Shown here in pieces: positions 38,414-46,274 of a stretch of DNA of 62,903 nucleotides; within the stretch, counting starts at the first letter, position 1, and every line of letters starts with the position of its first letter. The DNA comes from Actinomycetota bacterium (GTDB lineage Bacteria; Actinomycetota; Acidimicrobiia; Acidimicrobiales; AC-35). The stretch lies in the NCBI GenBank assembly GCA_005884125.1, contig VAXP01000119.1, positions 18,788-81,690 on the forward strand, given 5' to 3'. The translations under genes were made by a program, and so were the position numbers. The notes beneath the pieces were generated by a model. The model saw only the letters and a program-made list of their open reading frames with translations, did not search any database and had not been told where the DNA came from.

Positions 38414-38612
38414 GCCCTTCGATGCGGGCCTGGACCTGCTCGAGGCGGGTCGCGGCCAGGCGGTGGAGGGCGACGGCCCGCTCGTAGAGCTCGGCCGCCT
38501 CCTCGATGCCGACCTCTTCGGAGGCCATGCGGGAGGTGAGCTCCTCCAGCGCCCCCAGCAGCTGCTCGAAGCTCAGCCCCTGGTAGTCCGAGGCCTCCTC
38601 AGGCGCCGCCAC
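38385..38612 (-). CDS. xseB: Exodeoxyribonuclease VII small subunit
   Basis: 75 aa. SFEQLLGALEELTSRMASEEVGIEEAAELYERAVALHRLAATRLEQ is typical XseB. It overlaps the xseA stop. Confidence 0.9.
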   Translation of the reverse strand: MAAPEEASDYQGLSFEQLLGALEELTSRMASEEVGIEEAAELYERAVALHRLAATRLEQVQARIEGLSGDQPSPG

Positions 38613-39888
38613 CGGCCACCTCGTCCACGGCGGTGACGCGGGCGACCAGGCGCCCGGCCGAGAGCTGGATGCCGAGGTCCTCTCCCGGGGCGGCCTGGCC
38701 CGCCCGGCGCAGCACGCCGCCCCCGGCGCCGCGGACCACGGCGTAGCCCCGCTCGAGAACCCGCTGGGGGCTCAGCGCGTCCAGGGTGCGCCGGCGTTCG
38801 GCCAGGGCCTGGGCGGCCCACTGGCAGCGGGCCGGCAGGGGCCTCTCCCAACCCACCCTGGCCACGGCCGCGGCCGCCTGCGCCACCCGCCGGCGGGGGT
38901 GCAGGAGGCCGAGGCTGTCGCCGGCCACCCCCAGCCGGGCCCGGGCCGAACCCATCCGGGCGCCCAGGGCGCCCGCCCCGTCCAGCGTCGCCAGGCGTCG
39001 GGTCTGGGCGTCGAGGCGGTCCACGGCCGCGGCTGACACCAGGGCCAGCAGGCCGTCGAGGAGGCGCTCGAGCTCCAGGCGCGAGGGCACGATGGCCGCG
39101 GCCGCCAGCGAGGGGGTGGCGCAGCGGAGGTCGGCCACCTCGTCGCACAGGGGGCGGTCGCCTTCGTGGCCGATGGCGGTCACCACAGGGGTGCCGGATG
39201 CGGCGATGGCCCGGCAGAGCTCCTCGTCGCTGAAGGGCAGCAGCTGGGCCGGGTCGCCTCCGCCCCGGGCCAGGACGATGACCTCGACCTCGGGGCGGCG
39301 GTCGAGGCGGACCACGGCCTCGGCCAGGGCCTGGGCCGCACCCGGGCCCGAGACCGTCACCTCCAGGTAGCGCACGGGGTAGCCGGGAAAGCGGGCGGCC
39401 ACTACCGACTGGACGTCGGCCCGCACCGCGGCGTCGGTCCCGCAGACCACGGCGATGGACTCGGGCAGGCGGGGGATGGGATGCCGGGGCCGGTCGAGCA
39501 GGCCGTCGGCGACCAGCCGGCGGCGGGTGTCCTCGATGGTGGCGGCGATGGCTCCGGCACCGACGGGCGCCACCTCGTCGGCCACCAGGAGGAGCTGGCC
39601 CTGCCCCGTCGTCCAGGACAGGGCGCCGGTCACGGCCACGCGCTCGCCGTGCACGGCCCGGCAGCGGCGCAGGCGGGCCGAGGGGCATGTCACGGTGATC
39701 TGGGCGGCCCGGTCGCGCAGGGTGAAGTAGAGCCGGCCCGAAGCCGCGGCCTTGGGCCGCACCACCTCGCCCTCGACCACCACCCGCCCGACGTCGGCCG
39801 TGGCGCGGGCGATCTCCGCGCTCAGGCGGACGAGGCTGACCCGGCGGGGGCCGGCCCCCGGGCCGGGCGGGAAGAGCGTCTGTCCCAT
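38599..39888 (-). CDS. xseA: Exodeoxyribonuclease VII large subunit
   Basis: OB-fold N-terminus VVVEGEVVRPKAAASGRLYFTLRD, then VVCGTDAAVRADV, VIVLARGGGD, TAIGHEGDRPLCDEVADLRCATPS. Confidence 0.93.
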   Translation of the reverse strand: MGQTLFPPGPGAGPRRVSLVRLSAEIARATADVGRVVVEGEVVRPKAAASGRLYFTLRDRAAQITVTCPSARLRRCRAVHGERVAVTGALSWTTGQGQLLLVADEVAPVGAGAIAATIEDTRRRLVADGLLDRPRHPIPRLPESIAVVCGTDAAVRADVQSVVAARFPGYPVRYLEVTVSGPGAAQALAEAVVRLDRRPEVEVIVLARGGGDPAQLLPFSDEELCRAIAASGTPVVTAIGHEGDRPLCDEVADLRCATPSLAAAAIVPSRLELERLLDGLLALVSAAAVDRLDAQTRRLATLDGAGALGARMGSARARLGVAGDSLGLLHPRRRVAQAAAAVARVGWERPLPARCQWAAQALAERRRTLDALSPQRVLERGYAVVRGAGGGVLRRAGQAAPGEDLGIQLSAGRLVARVTAVDEVAGGGA

Positions 39889-39925
39889 GTCACCCCGATC
39901 CTACGGAGCGCCCCGCCGGCCCGGG

Positions 39926-41089
39926 TCAGAGCACGACGAGGGAGGCTGCGAACACGGCGTAGAACCCGGCCACCGCGGCCAGGCGGCCCGCGCTCAGGCG
40001 CCGGCCGCGGAAGGTCACCAGCAGGTAGCCGATGGCGGCCATGGTCACGACCCCGGAGGCGATGAGGGGGCCGTCGAAGTGCCAGCTGGTGAAGAGCAGA
40101 CCCAGGCCGCTGGGGACGGTGGCCTGGATCATCATTGCCCCGCTGATGTTGGCCAGGGCCAGCTCGGTCTTGCCCTGGCGCACCCAGAGCAGCGCCGTCA
40201 TCGTCTCGGGCAGCTCGGTGGCGATGGGCGACAGGAGGAGGGCGGTGACGGTGGCGGACAGGCCCAGCTGCGGTCCGGCCCACTCCAGCTGGCGCACGAA
40301 CACCTGGGAGGCCACGAAGATCACCGCCGCCGCGGCCACCGTCTGCACCCCGATGAGGACGGGGGCGGGTCTGTCGGCCCGGGGCTGGAGACGCAGGGGC
40401 TCGAGTCCGGCGCTGTCGGCCGCGGCGCCGCGGTCGGTCAGCTCGCCGGCGAAGTACACGCCGTAGGCGAGGAAGAAGGCGATCCCCAGCCAGCGCTTGT
40501 AGGCGAAGGCGACCAGCCCGAGGGCGACCTTGAACACGAAGACGGCGAGGAACCACTTCTGGTCCCGGGTCAGGCGCCCGCCGTCCACGCCCCCGTCTCC
40601 GGAGCCGCCGTCTCCGGAGCCTCCGTCTGCGGAGCGTTGCCGTGCGGACGTGGCCTCGCGCCGGGCGTCGCCCGAGAGGTAGAGGCTCCGGCGCCGGCCC
40701 AGCAGGGCGAAGCCGACCAGGGCGTAAGCGATGGTCGACAGGACCAGGGGCCCGCCCAGGGCCGCGCCCACCCCGATGTCGTGGCTGCGCTGGCTGTGGC
40801 GGAAGACGACGGCGACGAAGGTGACCACGCTCTCGGGCAGGGCCGTGCCCACCGCGGCCAGCAGCGTGCCCACGGCGATGCGGCCCACCTCGAGCTCCAC
40901 TCCCAGCCACTCCACTGCGTTCACGAACCACTCGCAGGCCAGGTAGATGGCGACGGCGGCGCCGATCAGCAAGGCCACGTGGAGCAACTCGTCCTCCTCC
41001 CTGGCCACAGGGGAAGGGGCGACCTCGACCCGGGGGCCAGCGTGCCGGCACAGGTCGAAGGTCTCGTCCGCCCAGAGCGGCGGGCCCAA
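39926..41089 (-). CDS. CaCA-family sodium/calcium (cation) antiporter
   Basis: Two Na_Ca_ex halves (GTLLAAVGTALPE and LLLSPIATELPET alpha-repeats) separated by a cytoplasmic loop carrying a (GGSGD)3 insert. Confidence 0.88.
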   Translation of the reverse strand: MGPPLWADETFDLCRHAGPRVEVAPSPVAREEDELLHVALLIGAAVAIYLACEWFVNAVEWLGVELEVGRIAVGTLLAAVGTALPESVVTFVAVVFRHSQRSHDIGVGAALGGPLVLSTIAYALVGFALLGRRRSLYLSGDARREATSARQRSADGGSGDGGSGDGGVDGGRLTRDQKWFLAVFVFKVALGLVAFAYKRWLGIAFFLAYGVYFAGELTDRGAAADSAGLEPLRLQPRADRPAPVLIGVQTVAAAAVIFVASQVFVRQLEWAGPQLGLSATVTALLLSPIATELPETMTALLWVRQGKTELALANISGAMMIQATVPSGLGLLFTSWHFDGPLIASGVVTMAAIGYLLVTFRGRRLSAGRLAAVAGFYAVFAASLVVL

Positions 41090-41226
41090 CCGCCGGGGAC
41101 GCGAGTCCCGGCATGTCGACGGGTTGGCGGAGGACTACTCCCCTTCGAGTGGGCCCAATGTAGTGCAGGGCCCCCCACGCTGGGCGTCCGCTGGCGAGAG
41201 GGGGCAAACGCTTAACATTTCCAGCG

Positions 41227-41898
41227 GTGACCGACGCCCACGTGGCCGTCCCGCCCATGGCACCGGAGCTGCTGGTGCGCGCCAGGGCCACCAAGGGTTT
41301 CATGCCCCACGACGAGGGCGTGGCCCTCTACAGCGCCGCCACCACGGCCGGGCTCACGGGGCTCGGCCCCCTCCTGGAGATCGGCAGCTACTGCGGCAAG
41401 TCGGCCGTGTACCTGGGCGCGGCGGCCCGGGCCGGCGCGACGGTGCTGTTCACCATCGACCACCACCGGGGCTCGGAGGAGAACCAGTCGGGCTGGGACC
41501 ACCACGACCCCTCCCTGGTCGACTCCCGCACCGGGCGCATGGACACCCTGCCCGTGTTCCGCCGGGCCATCGAGGACGCCGGCCTGGAAGCGGTGGTGAT
41601 CGCGGTGGTGGGCGATTCGGCCACCGTGGCCCGCCACTGGCACACCCCGCTCTCCTTCCTCTTCATCGACGGGGGCCACGGGATGGCACCGGCCTGGGCC
41701 GACTACACCGGTTGGGTCCCCCACGTCGCCATCGGAGGCCTGGTCGCCATCCACGACGTGTTCCCCGACCCGGCCGAGGGCGGCCAGGCCCCCTTCGAGC
41801 TGTGGAGCAGGGCGGTGGTGTCGGGGGGCTTCGTCCCCGACGAGGGGGCGTCCTGCGCCAGCCTACGGGTGCTGCGCCGGGTCTCCGACCGCTTCTGA
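41227..41898 (+). CDS. Class I SAM-dependent methyltransferase (Methyltransf_24 / cephalosporin-hydroxylase-like)
   Basis: LLEIGSYCGKSAVYLGAAA (SAM motif I) ...LFTIDHHRGSEE...FLFIDGGHG...LVAIHDV. Confidence 0.8.
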   Translation: MTDAHVAVPPMAPELLVRARATKGFMPHDEGVALYSAATTAGLTGLGPLLEIGSYCGKSAVYLGAAARAGATVLFTIDHHRGSEENQSGWDHHDPSLVDSRTGRMDTLPVFRRAIEDAGLEAVVIAVVGDSATVARHWHTPLSFLFIDGGHGMAPAWADYTGWVPHVAIGGLVAIHDVFPDPAEGGQAPFELWSRAVVSGGFVPDEGASCASLRVLRRVSDRF

Positions 41899-42927
41899 GT
41901 CCATGGCCAGGTCGAGCCCGGCGGGCAGGCCCGCGCCCCCGAACAGGCCGGCCGCCGGCCCCAGCCCGTCCAGGGCGGCGGCGGCCAGGATCACGGCCGC
42001 GGCGGTGTAGGTGCTGCGCTCCCCGCCCGGGAAGTTGACCTCCTGGGGATAGACGCGCCCCGTCCAGTAGGAGCCGTCGCTGTGACGGAGCTGACGCGTC
42101 CAACCCAACAGGCGGCGGGCGGCCTCGGTGAGCCCCGCCGCGTGCAGGGCCATCACGCACTCCGCCGTCTCCGCCACCGTGACCCAGGGGCGGTCGTCGA
42201 CGCAGCGCACGCCCCGCCCCTCCATCACGAACTCGCCCCACCGCTCGTGCAGGCGGGACCGGGCCGGGGCGCCCGTGACCGCGCCCGACAGCACCGGGTA
42301 GTACCAGTCCATGGCCCAGCGGTTCTTGGGCTCGAAGGCCTCCGGCCTCTGCGAGACGGCGTGGGCCAGGCTCCCGGCCGCCACCTCCCACTCCGGGCGC
42401 TCCAGGCCCAGGGCCTCGGCCGCGGCGACGGCGCAGCGCAGGCTGAAGTAGACGGACGAGGAGGCGGTGAGCAGGGCGAAGCGCCCGGGGCTGCCGTCGG
42501 CCTCGATGCACCACAGGATCTCGCCTCCCGGCTGCTGCAGCCGCAGGGCGAACCCGATGGCGGCCTCGACCGCGGGCCACTGCTCCTTCAGGAACCCGGC
42601 GTCCCCCGTGACCAGGTAGTGGTGCCAGGCCCCCACGGCGACGTAGGCGCAGCAGTTGGCGTCGAGGCGGTAGTTCTCCACCCCCTCGGCCAGGTAGTAC
42701 TGGAACCAGCTGCCGTCGTCGTGCTGGGTGGCGCCCAGCCACCGGTAGGCCCTCTCCGCCTCGTCCCACCACCCGGCCGTGTCCAGGGCCATGGCCGCCT
42801 CCACGTGGTTCCACGGGTCGGCGTGGCCGGAGGGAAACCACGGGATCATGCCGTTGGGGAGCTGGGTCTCGGCGATGGTGGCCGCCGTGGCCTGCAGCTC
42901 GGACGCGGTCAGCGCGGGCGTGGTCAC
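41863..42927 (-). CDS. (alpha/alpha)6-barrel protein with prenyltransferase/squalene-oxidase-type repeats
   Basis: Three DG-x-W repeats: QHDDGSWFQY, QQPGGEILWC, RHSDGSYWTG. GTG 42927 overlaps the upstream methyltransferase stop. It is the C-terminal part of the 715-aa composite ORF 41863..44010. Confidence 0.75.
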   Translation of the reverse strand: MTTPALTASELQATAATIAETQLPNGMIPWFPSGHADPWNHVEAAMALDTAGWWDEAERAYRWLGATQHDDGSWFQYYLAEGVENYRLDANCCAYVAVGAWHHYLVTGDAGFLKEQWPAVEAAIGFALRLQQPGGEILWCIEADGSPGRFALLTASSSVYFSLRCAVAAAEALGLERPEWEVAAGSLAHAVSQRPEAFEPKNRWAMDWYYPVLSGAVTGAPARSRLHERWGEFVMEGRGVRCVDDRPWVTVAETAECVMALHAAGLTEAARRLLGWTRQLRHSDGSYWTGRVYPQEVNFPGGERSTYTAAAVILAAAALDGLGPAAGLFGGAGLPAGLDLAMDSEAVGDPAQHP

Positions 42928-43637
42928 GGCGCCGGCTTCTCGGCGTAAACGACCAGGCTCTTGCCCAGGTAGGGGTTGAGCAGGCGTTCGGGCACGCGGG
43001 TCACGGGGGTGGCCGCGGTGATGTCCCACACCAGGAGGCGGTGGTAGGCCCGCACCAGGGGGTGGTCGGCCCGGTCCACCCCGACGGCGCAGCGCAGCCA
43101 CCAGTACGGCGTGTGCAGGGCGTGGGCGTGGTGCCAGCCCATCACGCGCAGGCCCACCCCTTGCAGGCGGCTGATGACCGTCGAGCGCCGGTAGATGCGC
43201 ACGTGGCCACCCTCCACGGAGTGGTAGGCGTCCGACAGGGCCCAGTTGACGAGCTCGGGCCCCCAGCGGGGCACGGTCACCGCCATCGTCCCCCCGGGCC
43301 GCAGCACCCGGGCCAGCTCGACCAGGGCGGCCGTGTCCCGGGGGATGTGCTCCAGCACCTCGGCCGCGATCACCCGGTCGAAGGCGTGGTCGGGGAAGGG
43401 GAGGGCCAGGGCGTTGCCGTTGACCGCGACTCCCGCGCCGCAGGCGGCCTCGCCCTCCTCCACCATGGCGGCCAGCAGGACGGCCACCTCCTTCAGCTCG
43501 GTGTCGGACGCGTCCAGGGCCACCACGTCGGCGCCCCGGCGCAGCGACTCGTAGGCGTGGCGGCCGCCGCCGCAGCCCAGGTCGAGCACGCGCTCGTGGG
43601 GGCGCAGGCCCAAGCGGGCGAAGTCGACGGTCAGCAC
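42924..43637 (-). CDS. Class I SAM-dependent methyltransferase (Methyltransf_11-like)
   Basis: RVLDLGCGGGRHAYESLRRGADVVALDAS (motif I), IAAEVLEHIP, LRPGGTMAVTVP. Confidence 0.85.
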   Translation of the reverse strand: MLTVDFARLGLRPHERVLDLGCGGGRHAYESLRRGADVVALDASDTELKEVAVLLAAMVEEGEAACGAGVAVNGNALALPFPDHAFDRVIAAEVLEHIPRDTAALVELARVLRPGGTMAVTVPRWGPELVNWALSDAYHSVEGGHVRIYRRSTVISRLQGVGLRVMGWHHAHALHTPYWWLRCAVGVDRADHPLVRAYHRLLVWDITAATPVTRVPERLLNPYLGKSLVVYAEKPAP

Positions 43638-44905
43638 GGCAGCGGCACCTCCCGCCCGGCCCCCAGGGCCTCCCGGTACTGCTCGGCCGTGGCCCGGGCC
43701 GTGGCCTGCCAGGTGAAGCGCTCGAGCACCCGGGACCGGCCCGCCTCCCCCAGCCTGACCCGCAGCTCAGGGTCGTCGAGGGCCAGGAGCAGGGCCGCGG
43801 CCAACGCCCCGGGGTCGCTCGGTGGAACCAGGAGGCCCGTCTCGCCGCTCCTGCCCACCACCTCGGGCAGGGCCCCGCCCGTCGTCGCCACCAAGGGCAC
43901 GGCGCAGGCCATGGCCTCCACCGCGGGAAGGGAGAAGCCTTCGTACAGAGAAGGCACGACCGCCACCTCGGCCTCGGCGTAGAGGCGGACGATCTCCTCG
44001 TCGGCCACACCGCTGACGAAGCGCACCGCGCCCCTGAGGCCCAGGCGGTCGATGGTGGCCTCGGCCCTGCTCTCGGGACGGGGCCGGCCGATGACGACCA
44101 GCTCCGCGTCGCGCTCGGTGCGCACCTTGGCCACCGCCTCCAGCAGAGGGACGAGGCCCTTCATGGGCACGTCGGCGCTGGCCGTCGTCATGATCCGCCC
44201 CGGGACCCGGGCCACGTCGGGCCGGGGCCGGAACCGGGACGCGTCCACCCCGACGGGCACGACCCGGACGCGCCCGGCGTCGACGCCCATCTGGGCGACG
44301 ATGTCGGCGGCCGAGGACGACGACACGGTGATGACCCTGGGCACCATGGCCGCCACCCGCTTCTGCATCCCCAGGAATCCGTACCAGCGTCGCAGGGTCA
44401 TGCGGCGCCTCACGGTGCGGGCGTGGGCCAGGTCGAGCTCCCGGTCCACGGTGATGGGGTGGTGAAGGGTGGCGACGACGGGCCAGCCGTCGTCCAGCAT
44501 CCCGGCCACGCCCCGGCCCAGGCACTGGTTGTCGTGGATGAGGTCGAAGTCACCCCTCCGCCCGGTCAGGAGGCGCCGGGCCCGGAGGCTGAAGGTCAGA
44601 GGCTCGGGGAACCCGCCCGTGCACATGAGGGCGAACTCGAGCACGTCGATGCGGTCCCGGAACTCCCAGGGCCAGGGGACGCGAAAGGGGTCGGGCTCGC
44701 GGTACAGGTCCAGGCTGGGCACGGGCACGAAGCCCACCCCGGGGTCGAGCACCGGATAGGGCTGGCCCGCGAACACCGTCACCCGGTGGCCGAGGGCGGT
44801 CAGCTCCCTGGTCAGGTGGCGGGTGTAGACACCCTGGCCCCCGGAGTGGGGGTTGCCCCGGTAGGCCAGGAACGCGACGCGCAGCCCCTCCCGGTCCCGG
44901 CCCAT
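43631..44905 (-). CDS. GT4-family (GT-B) glycosyltransferase
   Basis: N-terminal RVAFLAYRGNPHSGGQGVYTRHLTRELTALGHRV; C-terminal VVPSLYEGFSLPAVEAMACAVPLVATTGGALPEVV (E-x7-E region). Confidence 0.88.
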   Translation of the reverse strand: MGRDREGLRVAFLAYRGNPHSGGQGVYTRHLTRELTALGHRVTVFAGQPYPVLDPGVGFVPVPSLDLYREPDPFRVPWPWEFRDRIDVLEFALMCTGGFPEPLTFSLRARRLLTGRRGDFDLIHDNQCLGRGVAGMLDDGWPVVATLHHPITVDRELDLAHARTVRRRMTLRRWYGFLGMQKRVAAMVPRVITVSSSSAADIVAQMGVDAGRVRVVPVGVDASRFRPRPDVARVPGRIMTTASADVPMKGLVPLLEAVAKVRTERDAELVVIGRPRPESRAEATIDRLGLRGAVRFVSGVADEEIVRLYAEAEVAVVPSLYEGFSLPAVEAMACAVPLVATTGGALPEVVGRSGETGLLVPPSDPGALAAALLLALDDPELRVRLGEAGRSRVLERFTWQATARATAEQYREALGAGREVPLPC

Positions 44906-44926
44906 GGCGGGATAGCCTGGCCGGGA

Positions 44927-44944
44927 GTTGACCGGGCGGTCAAC
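44927..44944. terminator. 7-bp hairpin (GTTGACC-gggc-GGTCAAC) between the Nramp-type gene's 3' end and the GT4 gene start
   Basis: Perfect inverted repeat in a 66-nt gap. The function (terminator or operator) is not established. Confidence 0.35.
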
Positions 44945-44971
44945 TGCGCCGACCGGGGGCGCGGGGCCGGA

Positions 44972-46258
44972 TCAGCGCAGCCCGAGGAGCCCCTGCACTC
45001 CCTGGGCCAGGAACACCAGGGCCATGCCGGCCACGCCCACCACCGACACCCAGGCCACCTTGCGGAACCTGGGCCCGTTCACGGCGTCCCCCAGGACGCT
45101 GCGCCGGTTGGCCAGCACCAGGATGAACACCAGGATCACGGGCGTGATGACGCCCTGGAGGACCTGGGTGTCGACCAGCAGGCGGAACAGGCTCCCCGGG
45201 CGCAGGGCCACCGCCGCCCCCGCCATCACCTGCACGGTGAACAGACCCAGGAAGAGCGGTGCCTCGGTGAACGAGCGCGAGACCGAGCGCTCGACCCCTA
45301 GGGCCTCGGAGACCGCGTAGGACGTGGAGAGGGGCACCACCGCCCCGGCCAGGGCCGAGGCTCCCAGCAGGCCTATGGCGAAGAGCGTCTCCGCGCTGGC
45401 TCCGGCCACCGGCTTCAGAGCCAGGGCCGCGTCCTTGGCCGAGGTGAGGGGCCCACGGCCGCCGATGGCGGCCGCGGTGGCGATGATGATGGAGATGGAG
45501 ATGAGGTTGGCGAAGATGGCACCGGCCACGGCGTCGATGCGCTCGTAGCGGTACTCGTCGGGGCCGATGCCCCGGTCGACCACCCCGGCCGCACCGTAGA
45601 GCTGCATGTACGGGGTGATGGTGGTGCCGATGAGGGCGACGGCCAGGAAGGTGAAGTCGCGGTTGGCGACGAGGTGGGGAAGGGCCGCGTCCTTGGCCAC
45701 CTCCGACCAGCCGGGGTGGCCCAGGAAGGCGGCCACCGGGTAGGTGAAGAACACGAGCGACAGCACCAGGAACATGCGCTCTGCGTAGCTGTAGGAGCTG
45801 AACACCACCACGGCCCAGATGGCCACGGCGAAGACGGGGATGGACACGTAGCGGGACACGTGCAACAGCTCGAGGGCGGCGCCCACCCCGGCGAATTCCG
45901 ACACGACCAGGCCGGTGTTGGCGACAACCAGGCTCAGCAGGGCGAAGCTCGCCACCCTGACCGAGAACTCCTCTCGGATGAGGGCGGCCAGACCCTTGCC
46001 CGTGTAAGCGCCGAGTCGGGCCGACATCTCCTGGACGACCACCAGGGCGACGGTGACCAGCACCATGAAGAACAGCGTCCGGTAGCGGAACTGGGCCCCG
46101 GCCGAGGCGTAGGTGGCGATGCCCCCGGCGTCGTTGCCGGCGTTGGCCGCGATCAGCCCGGGGCCGGCCAGGGCCAGGTAGGAAAGGAAGCGGCGCAGCC
46201 GGGCGGGGCCCGTGTCGGACGCGGGATCGGGTCCCCCCGCCCCCCCCGAACCGCTCAT
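44972..46258 (-). CDS. Nramp/SLC11-family transporter with NRMT-like (Mg2+-type) binding-site substitutions
   Basis: GPGLIAANAGNDAGGIATYASAGAQFRY has TM1 DAGG instead of DPGN; ALIGTTITPYMQLY has TM6 T-P-Y instead of M-P-H. Start set at ATG 46258, 17 nt after the upstream stop. Confidence 0.85.
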   Translation of the reverse strand: MSGSGGAGGPDPASDTGPARLRRFLSYLALAGPGLIAANAGNDAGGIATYASAGAQFRYRTLFFMVLVTVALVVVQEMSARLGAYTGKGLAALIREEFSVRVASFALLSLVVANTGLVVSEFAGVGAALELLHVSRYVSIPVFAVAIWAVVVFSSYSYAERMFLVLSLVFFTYPVAAFLGHPGWSEVAKDAALPHLVANRDFTFLAVALIGTTITPYMQLYGAAGVVDRGIGPDEYRYERIDAVAGAIFANLISISIIIATAAAIGGRGPLTSAKDAALALKPVAGASAETLFAIGLLGASALAGAVVPLSTSYAVSEALGVERSVSRSFTEAPLFLGLFTVQVMAGAAVALRPGSLFRLLVDTQVLQGVITPVILVFILVLANRRSVLGDAVNGPRFRKVAWVSVVGVAGMALVFLAQGVQGLLGLR

Positions 46259-46274
46259 GGCGCGGGAAGGCGGC

